From: Candidatus Heimdallarchaeota archaeon
GTDB taxonomy: Archaea; Asgardarchaeota; Heimdallarchaeia; JABLTI01
Length of the DNA: 64,000 bases
Direction: 5' to 3'
NCBI GenBank assembly: GCA_018238155.1
Contig: JABCTZ010000046.1
Location: 288,001-352,000, forward strand
Part shown: positions 48,055-56,788 of the stretch, piece after piece
How the letters are laid out: every line of letters starts with the position of its first letter
How positions within the stretch are numbered: position 1 is the stretch's first letter
The notes under the pieces: generated by a model
The model's database searches: none
Told to the model about the DNA's origin: nothing
Seen by the model: only the letters and a program-made list of their open reading frames with translations
Translations under genes and position numbers: made by a program

Positions 48055-49945
48055 TTTTGATTCCTCCTTTCTTAACTAATAATTCAATTGTTGGGAATAG
48101 TTCAAGATTTGTATGTGGAATAAAAGAAGCAAGTGTATACTCATCCATGAACTCATAATTGTTGGATAATTCGATATTTGTAACAGTTCGAGATAGCTCT
48201 TCAGCTTCTATCTGTTTCTCTCTGGATAGAAGAGCAATTCTGGCACCTCCAAGTGAGCCATTTCCAAGGAATTTGATCCGTTCATGAGGGATATCCGGAA
48301 ATAGTCCAATTGTTATCGAAGCTTTGATATTTAGATTGTTGCCAAACCCTCCAGAAACATAGAAGGAATCAAGATCATCAAAGGATAGACCAAATGATTT
48401 TAGCAAGATTAAATAACCTGCATAAAATGCCCCTTTAGTTTTCAAAAGATTTGAGATATCATATTCTGTTAATATAATGTCTTTTCCTGTTTGAGTTTCC
48501 GAACCTTCTAAGAGTAGATATTCTAAACCATGTTCTCCCTTTCGAATACGTCTATTCCCACCCATCTTCAATCTCCCTGCTTTAGTAAGAACATTGGCTC
48601 TGAATAATTCAGCAAGAATATCTACTAAACCTGAACCGCATATGCCTGTTGGTTTCCCTTCACCTATGACAGAAAAAACAGGATCCAATGATAGGTAATC
48701 TAGAGATACCTTTTCGATTGCACCTACTGCAGCTCTCATACCACACTGTACTTCTGCTCCTTCGAGAGCAGGTCCCGCGGGTACGGAACATGATAGAATC
48801 CAAGAGCTACATCCAAGAACTATTTCTCCATTTGTTCCAATATCAACTAACATGCTTGGTTTTTCTTTCAGATGTAATTCAGAGAGGAGCATATTAGATA
48901 CGATATCCCCACCAACATAGCTTGAAACACAAGGAAGAATGTAAACAAATGCTGAAGAAGCAATATTTAAACCTAATTTACTAGCTTTGATTTTTGGCAG
49001 ATGTCTAAAAACCGGAGTATACGGTTCCTTCCAGATATAGGAAGGATTTACTTTGAGTAATAAATGACTCATAACAGTATTTCCCGAGATAGAGACAGCT
49101 TTGATATCATTAGAATCCACTGAGAAACCTTTGATAAGGTTATTAATATCGTTTATAAGAAGCTCTTGAATTTTCTTCAGATTTTGTTCTGAAGAAGATG
49201 CAAAATGTATTCGAGTGATCACATCTTCACCGTAAATCATCTGACTATTGATTGCTGTAGTTGTATCAATGATTTCTCCTGTAGATAGTTTCAGAAGATT
49301 GATTGCTATTGTTGTGGTACCAATATCAATTGCTAAACCTAACAATTCTTGGTTTTTCACTTTAGATATTTCAGATACTTCTACGAATCCTTGAACAATA
49401 CTCTCGAGAGTAACTTCTACTTTCCAATTATTTTCTCTCAATAATTGAGGAAGTTTTTGAAGCAAAGCAAAGGGTATAGATATCTTACTTTCAGAGTAAT
49501 GTTTATTTAATTCTGCTAGAAGCCTGTCCATATCAGAGAGATTGCTGTAATTTTTTGGTGGAGCGATATTAACAATAATTTGTTTGATTGAAGGATTTAT
49601 TTTTATTTCAGAGCCAACACACTTCACGAGTATTTTTTGATTTGTAACAATACTTTCATTTGGAACGTAGACTTTCGCATTCCCTTTCACTTTTGTTTGG
49701 CAAGCTAAACAATAACCTTGATCTAGTTCTTCTTGAGTGAATATTTTCTCATGAAAAATGCCTTTTTTGGTTATTTTTCCTGATAATACCAGTACAACAC
49801 ATTTTCCACACTTTCCATGTTCACCACAGGGAATATTAAGAATAATACCTGCTTTCTTTGCAGCTGTTAGGATGGTCTCTCCCAAAGGTATTTCTATACT
49901 TTGATTATTGGGTTGAAATATAACTGAAACCATTTTATCAACCAT
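48050..49945 (-). CDS. acsV: ASKHA-type ATP-dependent reductive activator of corrinoid proteins (RACE/AcsV) with N-terminal 2Fe-2S domain
   Basis: CGEHGKCGKC...CLACQ, AIDIGTTT, YGEDVITRI, DIGTNGEIV, AGPALEG, GICGSG; start placed at ATG 49945 (TAATG overlap with acsC). Confidence 0.9.
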   Translation of the reverse strand: MVDKMVSVIFQPNNQSIEIPLGETILTAAKKAGIILNIPCGEHGKCGKCVVLVLSGKITKKGIFHEKIFTQEELDQGYCLACQTKVKGNAKVYVPNESIVTNQKILVKCVGSEIKINPSIKQIIVNIAPPKNYSNLSDMDRLLAELNKHYSESKISIPFALLQKLPQLLRENNWKVEVTLESIVQGFVEVSEISKVKNQELLGLAIDIGTTTIAINLLKLSTGEIIDTTTAINSQMIYGEDVITRIHFASSSEQNLKKIQELLINDINNLIKGFSVDSNDIKAVSISGNTVMSHLLLKVNPSYIWKEPYTPVFRHLPKIKASKLGLNIASSAFVYILPCVSSYVGGDIVSNMLLSELHLKEKPSMLVDIGTNGEIVLGCSSWILSCSVPAGPALEGAEVQCGMRAAVGAIEKVSLDYLSLDPVFSVIGEGKPTGICGSGLVDILAELFRANVLTKAGRLKMGGNRRIRKGEHGLEYLLLEGSETQTGKDIILTEYDISNLLKTKGAFYAGYLILLKSFGLSFDDLDSFYVSGGFGNNLNIKASITIGLFPDIPHERIKFLGNGSLGGARIALLSREKQIEAEELSRTVTNIELSNNYEFMDEYTLASFIPHTNLELFPTIELLVKKGGIKN

Positions 49946-51294
49946 TATTTTTTCCTCCAAATTTTGTTCAAATAATAAGCAATATCTGCTGAATCTGCAG
50001 GTCCAACAAGAACTTTCCATGAAGACGCATCCTCAATTTCTGAGGACATTGGAGAAAGAAAACCAGGGATGATGATTGTATTATGGTCTACTTTTGAAGT
50101 AAGGTTCTCAGAATTTATTGCCTCAGCAATCTTCTCTGCTGATAATTTATCTGCAGCATAAGCTGTTAGAACAGATGTACCTTCTGTATCTAAAACAAGT
50201 AAATAGCTAGGGTAACCACATGATTCGATATCATTTGAAACGGTGAAATAAGTCAATGAAAAATTAGTTGTAAGAAATACAGGTGAATTCTTATCAACTT
50301 CACCAAAGGTGTATACTCCAGGATCTACTTGTATTGGTTTTTGAGGGTCTGTAAAGATGTTTTGACGTAAAACTAATAGAGGTGCCAATTGATTGAGTGC
50401 ATTATCACTCAGCACCATTATTGAAGAATATTTTATTGATAATAGACCCGCAAGTAATATTTCTTGTGCAAACTCTTCTTGGGAGTGTTTAAACGGAAAA
50501 CTAATAATTGGATAACCAAAATCACGTTTTTTGTTGTAAACAGCATTCCATCGTATCAAAATTTGATTTTCTATTGTCTCTTGAATATTACTTCCTGTAC
50601 AATCCAACACTAGATCTTTAATTCCTTGTTTTTTAGCTAATGAAACTAACTGTACTAATCCATCAATCCCTTTTTGTGAGGATAGAATAACTGATGTTTG
50701 ATATTTTTCCGCTAATCGCAAAATCTCCTGCAGATTGTCCTCTCTTCCAAAACCAATTAACACTTGAGAATTACTAAGTAATTGTAGAGCCTCTTCTAAT
50801 ACTTCTGCTCTAACACTAAGAAGACAAATTGGTAATCCAGTTGCATTCTGAACATTTTTCACCAATTTGACGAATGGTTCTTTTTTCTTGGAATCATTAG
50901 ATAAAGCAATCATATTTGTTGAAAGTTGATCTGCAAGGCGCTCTATTGATTTCTTCTTAATTTTCCTCTTAATGGATTCTTCTGAATCTAAATCTGAAAT
51001 CATTATACAAAGAACTGTTTCGTTAAAGAATTTCTTTTCGTGACGATAGAATACAGTTTCACCACCAAAATGTATTTCTTCGTTCCCTCTTTTTGTAGTA
51101 ATTTCTTTAACAGGAGGTAAAGTTGCTTCATCTAATTGAGTTTTAATTTCATCTGCTAAATACGGGCATTCAGATGCTTTTGCATTTTTTTGTGCTAATC
51201 TCATTGCAAATGCTAAACATGTAGGCAGTCCACATTCTCCACAATTTGTTTTCGGAAGCAATTTATAGTAATCGAGTGTATTAGACATTCTCAA
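49945..51294 (-). CDS. acsC: Corrinoid iron-sulfur protein large subunit (AcsC/CdhE)
   Basis: LPKTNCGECGLPTCLAFA, GGETVFYRHEK, LRQNIFTDPQKP, TTNFSLTYFTV, SVLTAYAA. Confidence 0.96.
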   Translation of the reverse strand: MRMSNTLDYYKLLPKTNCGECGLPTCLAFAMRLAQKNAKASECPYLADEIKTQLDEATLPPVKEITTKRGNEEIHFGGETVFYRHEKKFFNETVLCIMISDLDSEESIKRKIKKKSIERLADQLSTNMIALSNDSKKKEPFVKLVKNVQNATGLPICLLSVRAEVLEEALQLLSNSQVLIGFGREDNLQEILRLAEKYQTSVILSSQKGIDGLVQLVSLAKKQGIKDLVLDCTGSNIQETIENQILIRWNAVYNKKRDFGYPIISFPFKHSQEEFAQEILLAGLLSIKYSSIMVLSDNALNQLAPLLVLRQNIFTDPQKPIQVDPGVYTFGEVDKNSPVFLTTNFSLTYFTVSNDIESCGYPSYLLVLDTEGTSVLTAYAADKLSAEKIAEAINSENLTSKVDHNTIIIPGFLSPMSSEIEDASSWKVLVGPADSADIAYYLNKIWRKK

Positions 51295-52167
51295 TCATAC
51301 TCCAATTGTTTTTCGGAAAAGAGCCAACGATTCTGGATGTCTAAAAACAAGCAAATCGCCTCCAGCAGCATAGAGAGATGCAGCTGTTGATGCTTCCCAT
51401 AAAAATCCTCGAGGAGCAATAGGGCCCCAATCGGGATATTCAAATGCTGTTTCTCTTGCCCGCCATGCATCTTGCACGAAACAAATCATTGGTGAGGAAA
51501 GCATTTCATCCCCAGATAATGCTAAGGCTCGGATTCGTTCCATCGCAGAGAAAGTATATTCCAATCCATAACCTAAACAAGCAACCATCGGATCGATTAC
51601 AATTCTCTTTAGTGGTAGACCAAAATCAGATAGCAGTATATTCAATTGCTTTGCAATATTCACATCAATTGGAGATAAAGCTACAATACAATGATTATAT
51701 GCAAGAGCTATAGCTGTAATTGACTTGTATGTCTCAAGCTCAGCAGCACATAGTAGTAAATTGTATCCCTGCCCTAATTCCCCACAAAGGTTAAGTATTG
51801 GTTGATCTTTTCCTACTTCGCCTGGACCGGAAATAATTAATGGGATAGAAATCTCTTGTAAAATATCCGGAAGATAATTGGTGACATTAGATTCAGTAGA
51901 GAAATTTATGTGTAATGCATCTATCTTGAATTTTCTTTCACATAATTTTGCCCATTCAACCAGATTATCATATTGATCTTTGTATGGATCATTTACTGTA
52001 TTAGGGAATGCTAATCCACTATCTGAGATATGTAATGCTAATTTGGGTTTGTAATTTGGATCGAGAAATGGAAGGGTGGTTTGTCCACCTAAACTAATAG
52101 AGTTATTTTTTGAACCAAGAGTAACTTTGGCTATATTCCCATTAAAGGATAACTTTTCAAGACTCAT
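51295..52167 (-). CDS. acsD: Corrinoid iron-sulfur protein small subunit (AcsD/CdhD)
   Basis: GGQTTLPF, SPIDVNIAKQLN, DP...LGYGLEYTFSAMERIR, AGGDLLVFRHP. Confidence 0.95.
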   Translation of the reverse strand: MSLEKLSFNGNIAKVTLGSKNNSISLGGQTTLPFLDPNYKPKLALHISDSGLAFPNTVNDPYKDQYDNLVEWAKLCERKFKIDALHINFSTESNVTNYLPDILQEISIPLIISGPGEVGKDQPILNLCGELGQGYNLLLCAAELETYKSITAIALAYNHCIVALSPIDVNIAKQLNILLSDFGLPLKRIVIDPMVACLGYGLEYTFSAMERIRALALSGDEMLSSPMICFVQDAWRARETAFEYPDWGPIAPRGFLWEASTAASLYAAGGDLLVFRHPESLALFRKTIGV

Positions 52168-52178
52168 TTCATATCCTC

Positions 52179-54257
52179 CTAAAAAATTGAATCCATTTTC
52201 AATGCCGGATGTTTTACTCGGTCAAGGAAACTCATTAGATCATCTAAAGATTGGACTAAGTCTTCATCAGCTATTTTCTCAATCAACCCTGGAGCAAGAT
52301 CTTCAACTCGATCGTGTAGAAACGATTTGAGTTCTTTAGGCATCCAAACTATGCGCTGTATTCCCCCCTCCGCTAACAGGAATTTCTCAGAAACAATATA
52401 GTTTTTCCCTATACCAATAAATCCTGGAGATTGTACTCCTCCGCCCACAGTTCCTGCAAGAGTGCTAAAGGTAATACCTAGTGGTGTTGTTCCTGAGTAT
52501 TCTCGAGGAACAATCATTATTCCATTTGCTTCAGGTATCACTGCAGCTATACATTCAAAACAACCACAAGATGTGAGAGGATTATTCATAATACTATAAA
52601 GACAAATATCATCTATTGCTCCATGAGATTCTTTGCGAACGTATTGATTCACTCCTGCCCATCTACCTAGTTTAGCATCTAGTTGTTCACCAACAGAAAC
52701 GGGTTGATTACCACCTGTAGGATTAATTTCAAAACTAGTTTTAGCATCTAACCAATTGACTGCTCCACATAAGCCAGTTCTTTCGGGAGAAATAATGCAA
52801 ACATGATTTGGTGCGAAAGATTGACAGAGAAGACAAGAATAGAAAGTTGATACAGATTCATCCACTAAATTCTTCAGACGGTTATCTCTTAAAAGATAGC
52901 TTTCTTTCGCTGTTGGTAAAAGCTCCTCAACTTTTGGCAGGGTAGTATAAAGCTTGACTTGAACTTTATCAACAATGCTAGAAAATAGGGAATGGATTTT
53001 GGAATAAATTATTACCCCTAGATGTCTAATTTGGAATCCTTTAGCAACAGCTTCTTTACTTATTCGGAACCAAATGAGATCACGTTGAGCATTGTGCCAT
53101 AACCCATCGGCGAAGTTAATGAAATGATGGATTTGTCTTTCAAAAACAGGCTCGAAATCTGATTGCATTTTTTTACCGGCAACTTCTACAATAATTGCGA
53201 TAGGAAGACTGGTACCTTCCTGAATATCTTTTATCTCAGGACCAATAACAGATATTTCTCCATCGTTTACTTCATCCAAAGGTTTTGTTTGTAGAAATTC
53301 AAAGGCAAGAGTTCGTCCTCCACCAAATTCAACATAAGTGTCTGGTTTTCGAATTGCTTGCCCTTCAAAAGCAAAACTATAATTAATTGGGATGGGAATA
53401 TCGTCAATAATTGGTTTAATATCTCTTAGAGCAAGACTCTGATCCACTAATTCCTTTCGCTCTTGATCTGTAAAAGTAGGTGACAAGTAATCGATAAATG
53501 GAATGCCTGTTGCTTTTAATCCTGCAGAAATCGTCTGTAATAGATTTGTTTTCTCGCCCATAAATATAACAAATGCAGGTATTTTTTCTCCCAAATAAGC
53601 TATTAATGCTTCACTATCGCCGGGTTTCACTCCTCCAAATGATAAAGCTAAACGAATAGCAAGGTTTACTGCATGAGTAAATGCATAAAATTCATCTCCT
53701 AAGGGAACAACTAAACATTCTAAACCTGAATGTACTTTAGCTTCAAATAATTGTTTGGCTATCCCTCCAACAAATAGTGAAAGAATATTTCTCTTTTGAA
53801 AATCACTGACTAAATTCTTAACATCCTCGTTTGAATTTGCTTTACCAACAACAATTGCTAATCCGGCTATTGAACCATCAACAAGAGGAACGCCTAGCTT
53901 TCGAAAAATAGCATCAGGAATGAATCCGGTAAATGGTTGAGTGAATTTTTGATTTTTACTAAATTGTACACTCTCAATTATCTCAATAAAAACTAATGAG
54001 AACAAACCCATTTGTGTAACAGTAATTTCAACAGTATTATTTATTTCTTTTATTAGTGAATTTAGAAATGTCTTTAGGTGATCAGCAGTAGCTATTTTCT
54101 CGTTGAAAATGCTATAAATTGTTGGAAGATAATAGCCTGTTTCAGGGAAGGAAATGGTCATTTCCCCCTCTAGTTGATTCACAACAGTTTTTGCATTCTC
54201 AAACAATTCCGTAAACCCTAGCTTGATTTGTTCTTGGTACAATTTGCGATTATTCAT
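52179..54257 (-). CDS. acsB: Acetyl-CoA synthase, bacterial long form (AcsB)
   Basis: N-terminal domain (FPETGYYLP, GFIPDAIFRKLGVPLVDG); A-cluster ligands FYSCLLCQSFAPNHVCIISPERTGLCGA and TSCGCFEC intact. Confidence 0.95.
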   Translation of the reverse strand: MNNRKLYQEQIKLGFTELFENAKTVVNQLEGEMTISFPETGYYLPTIYSIFNEKIATADHLKTFLNSLIKEINNTVEITVTQMGLFSLVFIEIIESVQFSKNQKFTQPFTGFIPDAIFRKLGVPLVDGSIAGLAIVVGKANSNEDVKNLVSDFQKRNILSLFVGGIAKQLFEAKVHSGLECLVVPLGDEFYAFTHAVNLAIRLALSFGGVKPGDSEALIAYLGEKIPAFVIFMGEKTNLLQTISAGLKATGIPFIDYLSPTFTDQERKELVDQSLALRDIKPIIDDIPIPINYSFAFEGQAIRKPDTYVEFGGGRTLAFEFLQTKPLDEVNDGEISVIGPEIKDIQEGTSLPIAIIVEVAGKKMQSDFEPVFERQIHHFINFADGLWHNAQRDLIWFRISKEAVAKGFQIRHLGVIIYSKIHSLFSSIVDKVQVKLYTTLPKVEELLPTAKESYLLRDNRLKNLVDESVSTFYSCLLCQSFAPNHVCIISPERTGLCGAVNWLDAKTSFEINPTGGNQPVSVGEQLDAKLGRWAGVNQYVRKESHGAIDDICLYSIMNNPLTSCGCFECIAAVIPEANGIMIVPREYSGTTPLGITFSTLAGTVGGGVQSPGFIGIGKNYIVSEKFLLAEGGIQRIVWMPKELKSFLHDRVEDLAPGLIEKIADEDLVQSLDDLMSFLDRVKHPALKMDSIF

Positions 54258-54303
54258 AGAAGCGTTTTTATTGGATTCTATTTATAATATTTTGTGAGAG
54301 TAT

Positions 54304-54319
54304 TATTCCAATTGGAATA
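54304..54319. promoter_or_regulatory. Perfect 16-bp palindrome, probable operator
   Basis: TATTCCAATTGGAATA in the 80-bp divergent spacer between acsB and the HTH-CBS gene, near the TATA-like TTTATAAT. Confidence 0.6.
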
Positions 54320-54337
54320 TTTGGGATATGGCAAAAA

Positions 54338-54913
54338 ATGTTTCCAGATTTGTCTGAAATTAAACGAAGAAGGAAAATATTGGGACTAACTCAAAAAGAA
54401 TTAGCTGAAATTGCTGATGTTAGTCAATCTCTGATAACAAAAATCGAAAAAGAGATGATTAGTCCTTCGTATCACTTGGTTATTAAAATCTTTGAGAGTA
54501 TTAGAGATTTGGAGAACGAAACTAATCAAAAAGCAAAGGATATTATGTCTTATCCAATTGTTACAGTATCTCCTGATGATACTTTGGAGAATGTTACGAT
54601 GGTAATGCGAAAACATGCTTTCTCTCAATTACCAGTTTTAAACTCAAAAGATTCATGTATCGGAAGTATCAGCGACCGAATAATAATTAGTCTTGTATCA
54701 AAGTCACTTGATGAGAAATTTGATTTTGATTCGGTAGCAGATCTTAAAGTAAAAGAAGTAATGGGTGATTCTTTTCCAGTTATACCATCAAAAACACCTC
54801 TAAACGCAATTTCTACATTATTGCAAACAGTGCCTGCAGTTTTAGTGATGGAAGGTAGAGAAATAATGGGAATTATAACACGAGCAGACATGTTCGAGAT
54901 CTTCATAAAATAA
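54338..54913 (+). CDS. XRE-HTH + tandem CBS transcriptional regulator
   Basis: RRKILGLTQKELAEIADVSQSLITKIE HTH; CBS pair (FSQLPV, GIITRAD). Confidence 0.9.
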   Translation: MFPDLSEIKRRRKILGLTQKELAEIADVSQSLITKIEKEMISPSYHLVIKIFESIRDLENETNQKAKDIMSYPIVTVSPDDTLENVTMVMRKHAFSQLPVLNSKDSCIGSISDRIIISLVSKSLDEKFDFDSVADLKVKEVMGDSFPVIPSKTPLNAISTLLQTVPAVLVMEGREIMGIITRADMFEIFIK

Positions 54914-54979
54914 TCTATTGTTGGTATTCATTCAAAGCTATTTTTCTTATTTATTATTCTTAACTAGGTAAAAAAATGA

Positions 54980-55070
54980 GTGTGTCTCCGAGTAACTATG
55001 ATCAGTCCTTATCGGGTGCTAGCCAAGCATTGGTCCCGACTCAACTTGTCGGATTTCTTCACAGACACAT
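54980..55070 (-). ncRNA. Candidate structured small RNA (possible K-turn/C/D-box-like)
   Basis: GC-rich patch in an AT-rich spacer; terminal helix TGTGTCT/AGACACA, internal hairpins, C-box-like GTGAAGA; T7 tract downstream on the minus strand. Confidence 0.5.
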
Positions 55071-55222
55071 ATAACCTTTCAAGCTAATCTCTCAAAAGCT
55101 TTTCTAAACATATACATTAAATATTAAAGAAAAAAAGACTTTAGATTTAATTTAACTAGGACAAGCTATAATAACGTGTATTGCTATATTTCATGTAATG
55201 AACAAAGGAGCTGAATTTCATA

Positions 55223-55864
55223 ATGACCAATGATACAAACAACGATTCAAAAGTTCATATGGAAATATCTGAAGTAATGACTTCAACTGTTCATACTATT
55301 TCTCCTAGTGAATCTGTAGAAGCAGCTGCAAAGAAAATGCTAGAACATAAAGTTGGTAGCATAATAATACAATCAAAAGAAGTTAAACCGAAACCTTTGG
55401 GTATTATAACAGAACGTGATATTGTTACTCGAGTAGTCGCCATTGGAAAGAATCCTGCAAAAATACCTGTTGATGAAATAGCTACTCGTCCTGTTATCAC
55501 AGCTCCTCCATCCCTAGATGTTGCTGAAGCAATGTCATTAATGGCTCGTTTAAATATTAGAAGATTAATTGTTGTTGAAGGAAACAATGTTAGTGGTATT
55601 TGTACCTATCGAGATCTATTAAGAGTTGCTCCAAGTTTAATTGAAGTAGCATTTGAATATGAAAAAATTGGTTTTAGAAAAAAACAACATCCAAATGAAA
55701 TCGACACTGTATATGAAGATTATGACAAAGATTCAGAGCTAAATAATCAAGATTTAACTCTTGGATTCTATTGTACGATGTGTGGTGACAGGTTTGATGA
55801 CGCTCCTTTTGGAGATGACGATCAACCATTATGTAGTGATTGCTTTGCTTCTCGAGACAATTAA
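55223..55864 (+). CDS. CBS-pair protein with C-terminal Zn ribbon
   Basis: GIITERDIV, IRRLIV; CTMC...CSDC. Confidence 0.88.
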   Translation: MTNDTNNDSKVHMEISEVMTSTVHTISPSESVEAAAKKMLEHKVGSIIIQSKEVKPKPLGIITERDIVTRVVAIGKNPAKIPVDEIATRPVITAPPSLDVAEAMSLMARLNIRRLIVVEGNNVSGICTYRDLLRVAPSLIEVAFEYEKIGFRKKQHPNEIDTVYEDYDKDSELNNQDLTLGFYCTMCGDRFDDAPFGDDDQPLCSDCFASRDN

Positions 55865-55981
55865 CTTTTGAGTAAGTAATAGCAATGAATAAAAAAGTGA
55901 TTATTAAATCACAACACAAGATAATCATAAAGTTGAAAGAAGGAAATTAAAAGAAAAAAAGTATTATTTTGGAGGAATTTT

Positions 55982-56782
55982 ATGAAAGTTTCAGAAGTAA
56001 TGTCAATAAACTATGGTACTATCGATAAAGAACAAATGCTCTCCAATGCACTTACCGTTATGCGAAAGAAAAAACATATTTCGCGATTGGTTGTGCTAGA
56101 CAAAGATAAACCAGTAGGAGTCATCTCTTTTAGAGATGTCGCTGATCGGTTAGGAACATATAAAACAGACGGCATTTCTCCAACAAGCCTTAGAGTTTCA
56201 AGTGCAATGTCCTTCCCTATTATCTCTATTGAATCAGATACTGAACTAATAGATGCAGCTAAAATGATGACAGAGCAGAATATTTCATCACTTCTAGTTA
56301 TAGATGAAGAAGAATTGAAAGGATTATTAACAAAGCACAATCTTTTAACAATTGCTCTTCGTTGCAAGAAGATTAAAGTTAAAGATATGATGACTCCCGA
56401 ACCAAAGCAAATAAGCTCTAGTGAAAGAGTTATGGCAGCACGAAATATTATGTTTACTAATAATTTCAGCGCTTTGCCAGTTGTTGACGAAGATAAATTA
56501 GTCGGTATTGTAGATGATCAAATAATTGCAGATGCATTAGCAAAACTTCGTGAAAAAGTACCTAGAAAACACCAAAAGCATCGTTTAGATGAATATTATA
56601 TTGGACAAGTAATGAGATTGTTACCTCCAACTATTGATGAAAATGCTCCACTATGTGATTTAATTCAAGTATTCATCAATACACATGCGAAAGCCGTTTT
56701 TGTTATAAACAAAGATGAACAATTGGTTGGAATATTATCTGTAACAGATATTGCCCATGCAATTGCAGAAGAAAGAATTTAA
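55982..56782 (+). CDS. Four-CBS-domain protein
   Basis: ISRLVV, ISSLLV, FSALPVV, GILSVTDI. Confidence 0.88.
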   Translation: MKVSEVMSINYGTIDKEQMLSNALTVMRKKKHISRLVVLDKDKPVGVISFRDVADRLGTYKTDGISPTSLRVSSAMSFPIISIESDTELIDAAKMMTEQNISSLLVIDEEELKGLLTKHNLLTIALRCKKIKVKDMMTPEPKQISSSERVMAARNIMFTNNFSALPVVDEDKLVGIVDDQIIADALAKLREKVPRKHQKHRLDEYYIGQVMRLLPPTIDENAPLCDLIQVFINTHAKAVFVINKDEQLVGILSVTDIAHAIAEERI

Positions 56783-56788
56783 TTTTAA

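Noticed and set aside
49946-50020. ORF-track N-terminal extension of the ASKHA activator
   Set aside because: Overlaps acsC by 75 bp; ATG 49945 gives a TAATG coupling and starts right at the 2Fe-2S domain
49945-54257. Evidence for an autotrophic Wood-Ljungdahl pathway
   Set aside because: No CODH, AcsE or methyl-branch genes in the cluster; the context is entirely methionine biosynthesis. The rest of the genome was not seen.
54980-55070. SAM-I or TPP riboswitch reading of the structured RNA
   Set aside because: Only short fragments (CTTATC, GGTGCTA, CTGATC) match, in the wrong order, CUGAGA is absent, and it is not in the leader of the Met operon
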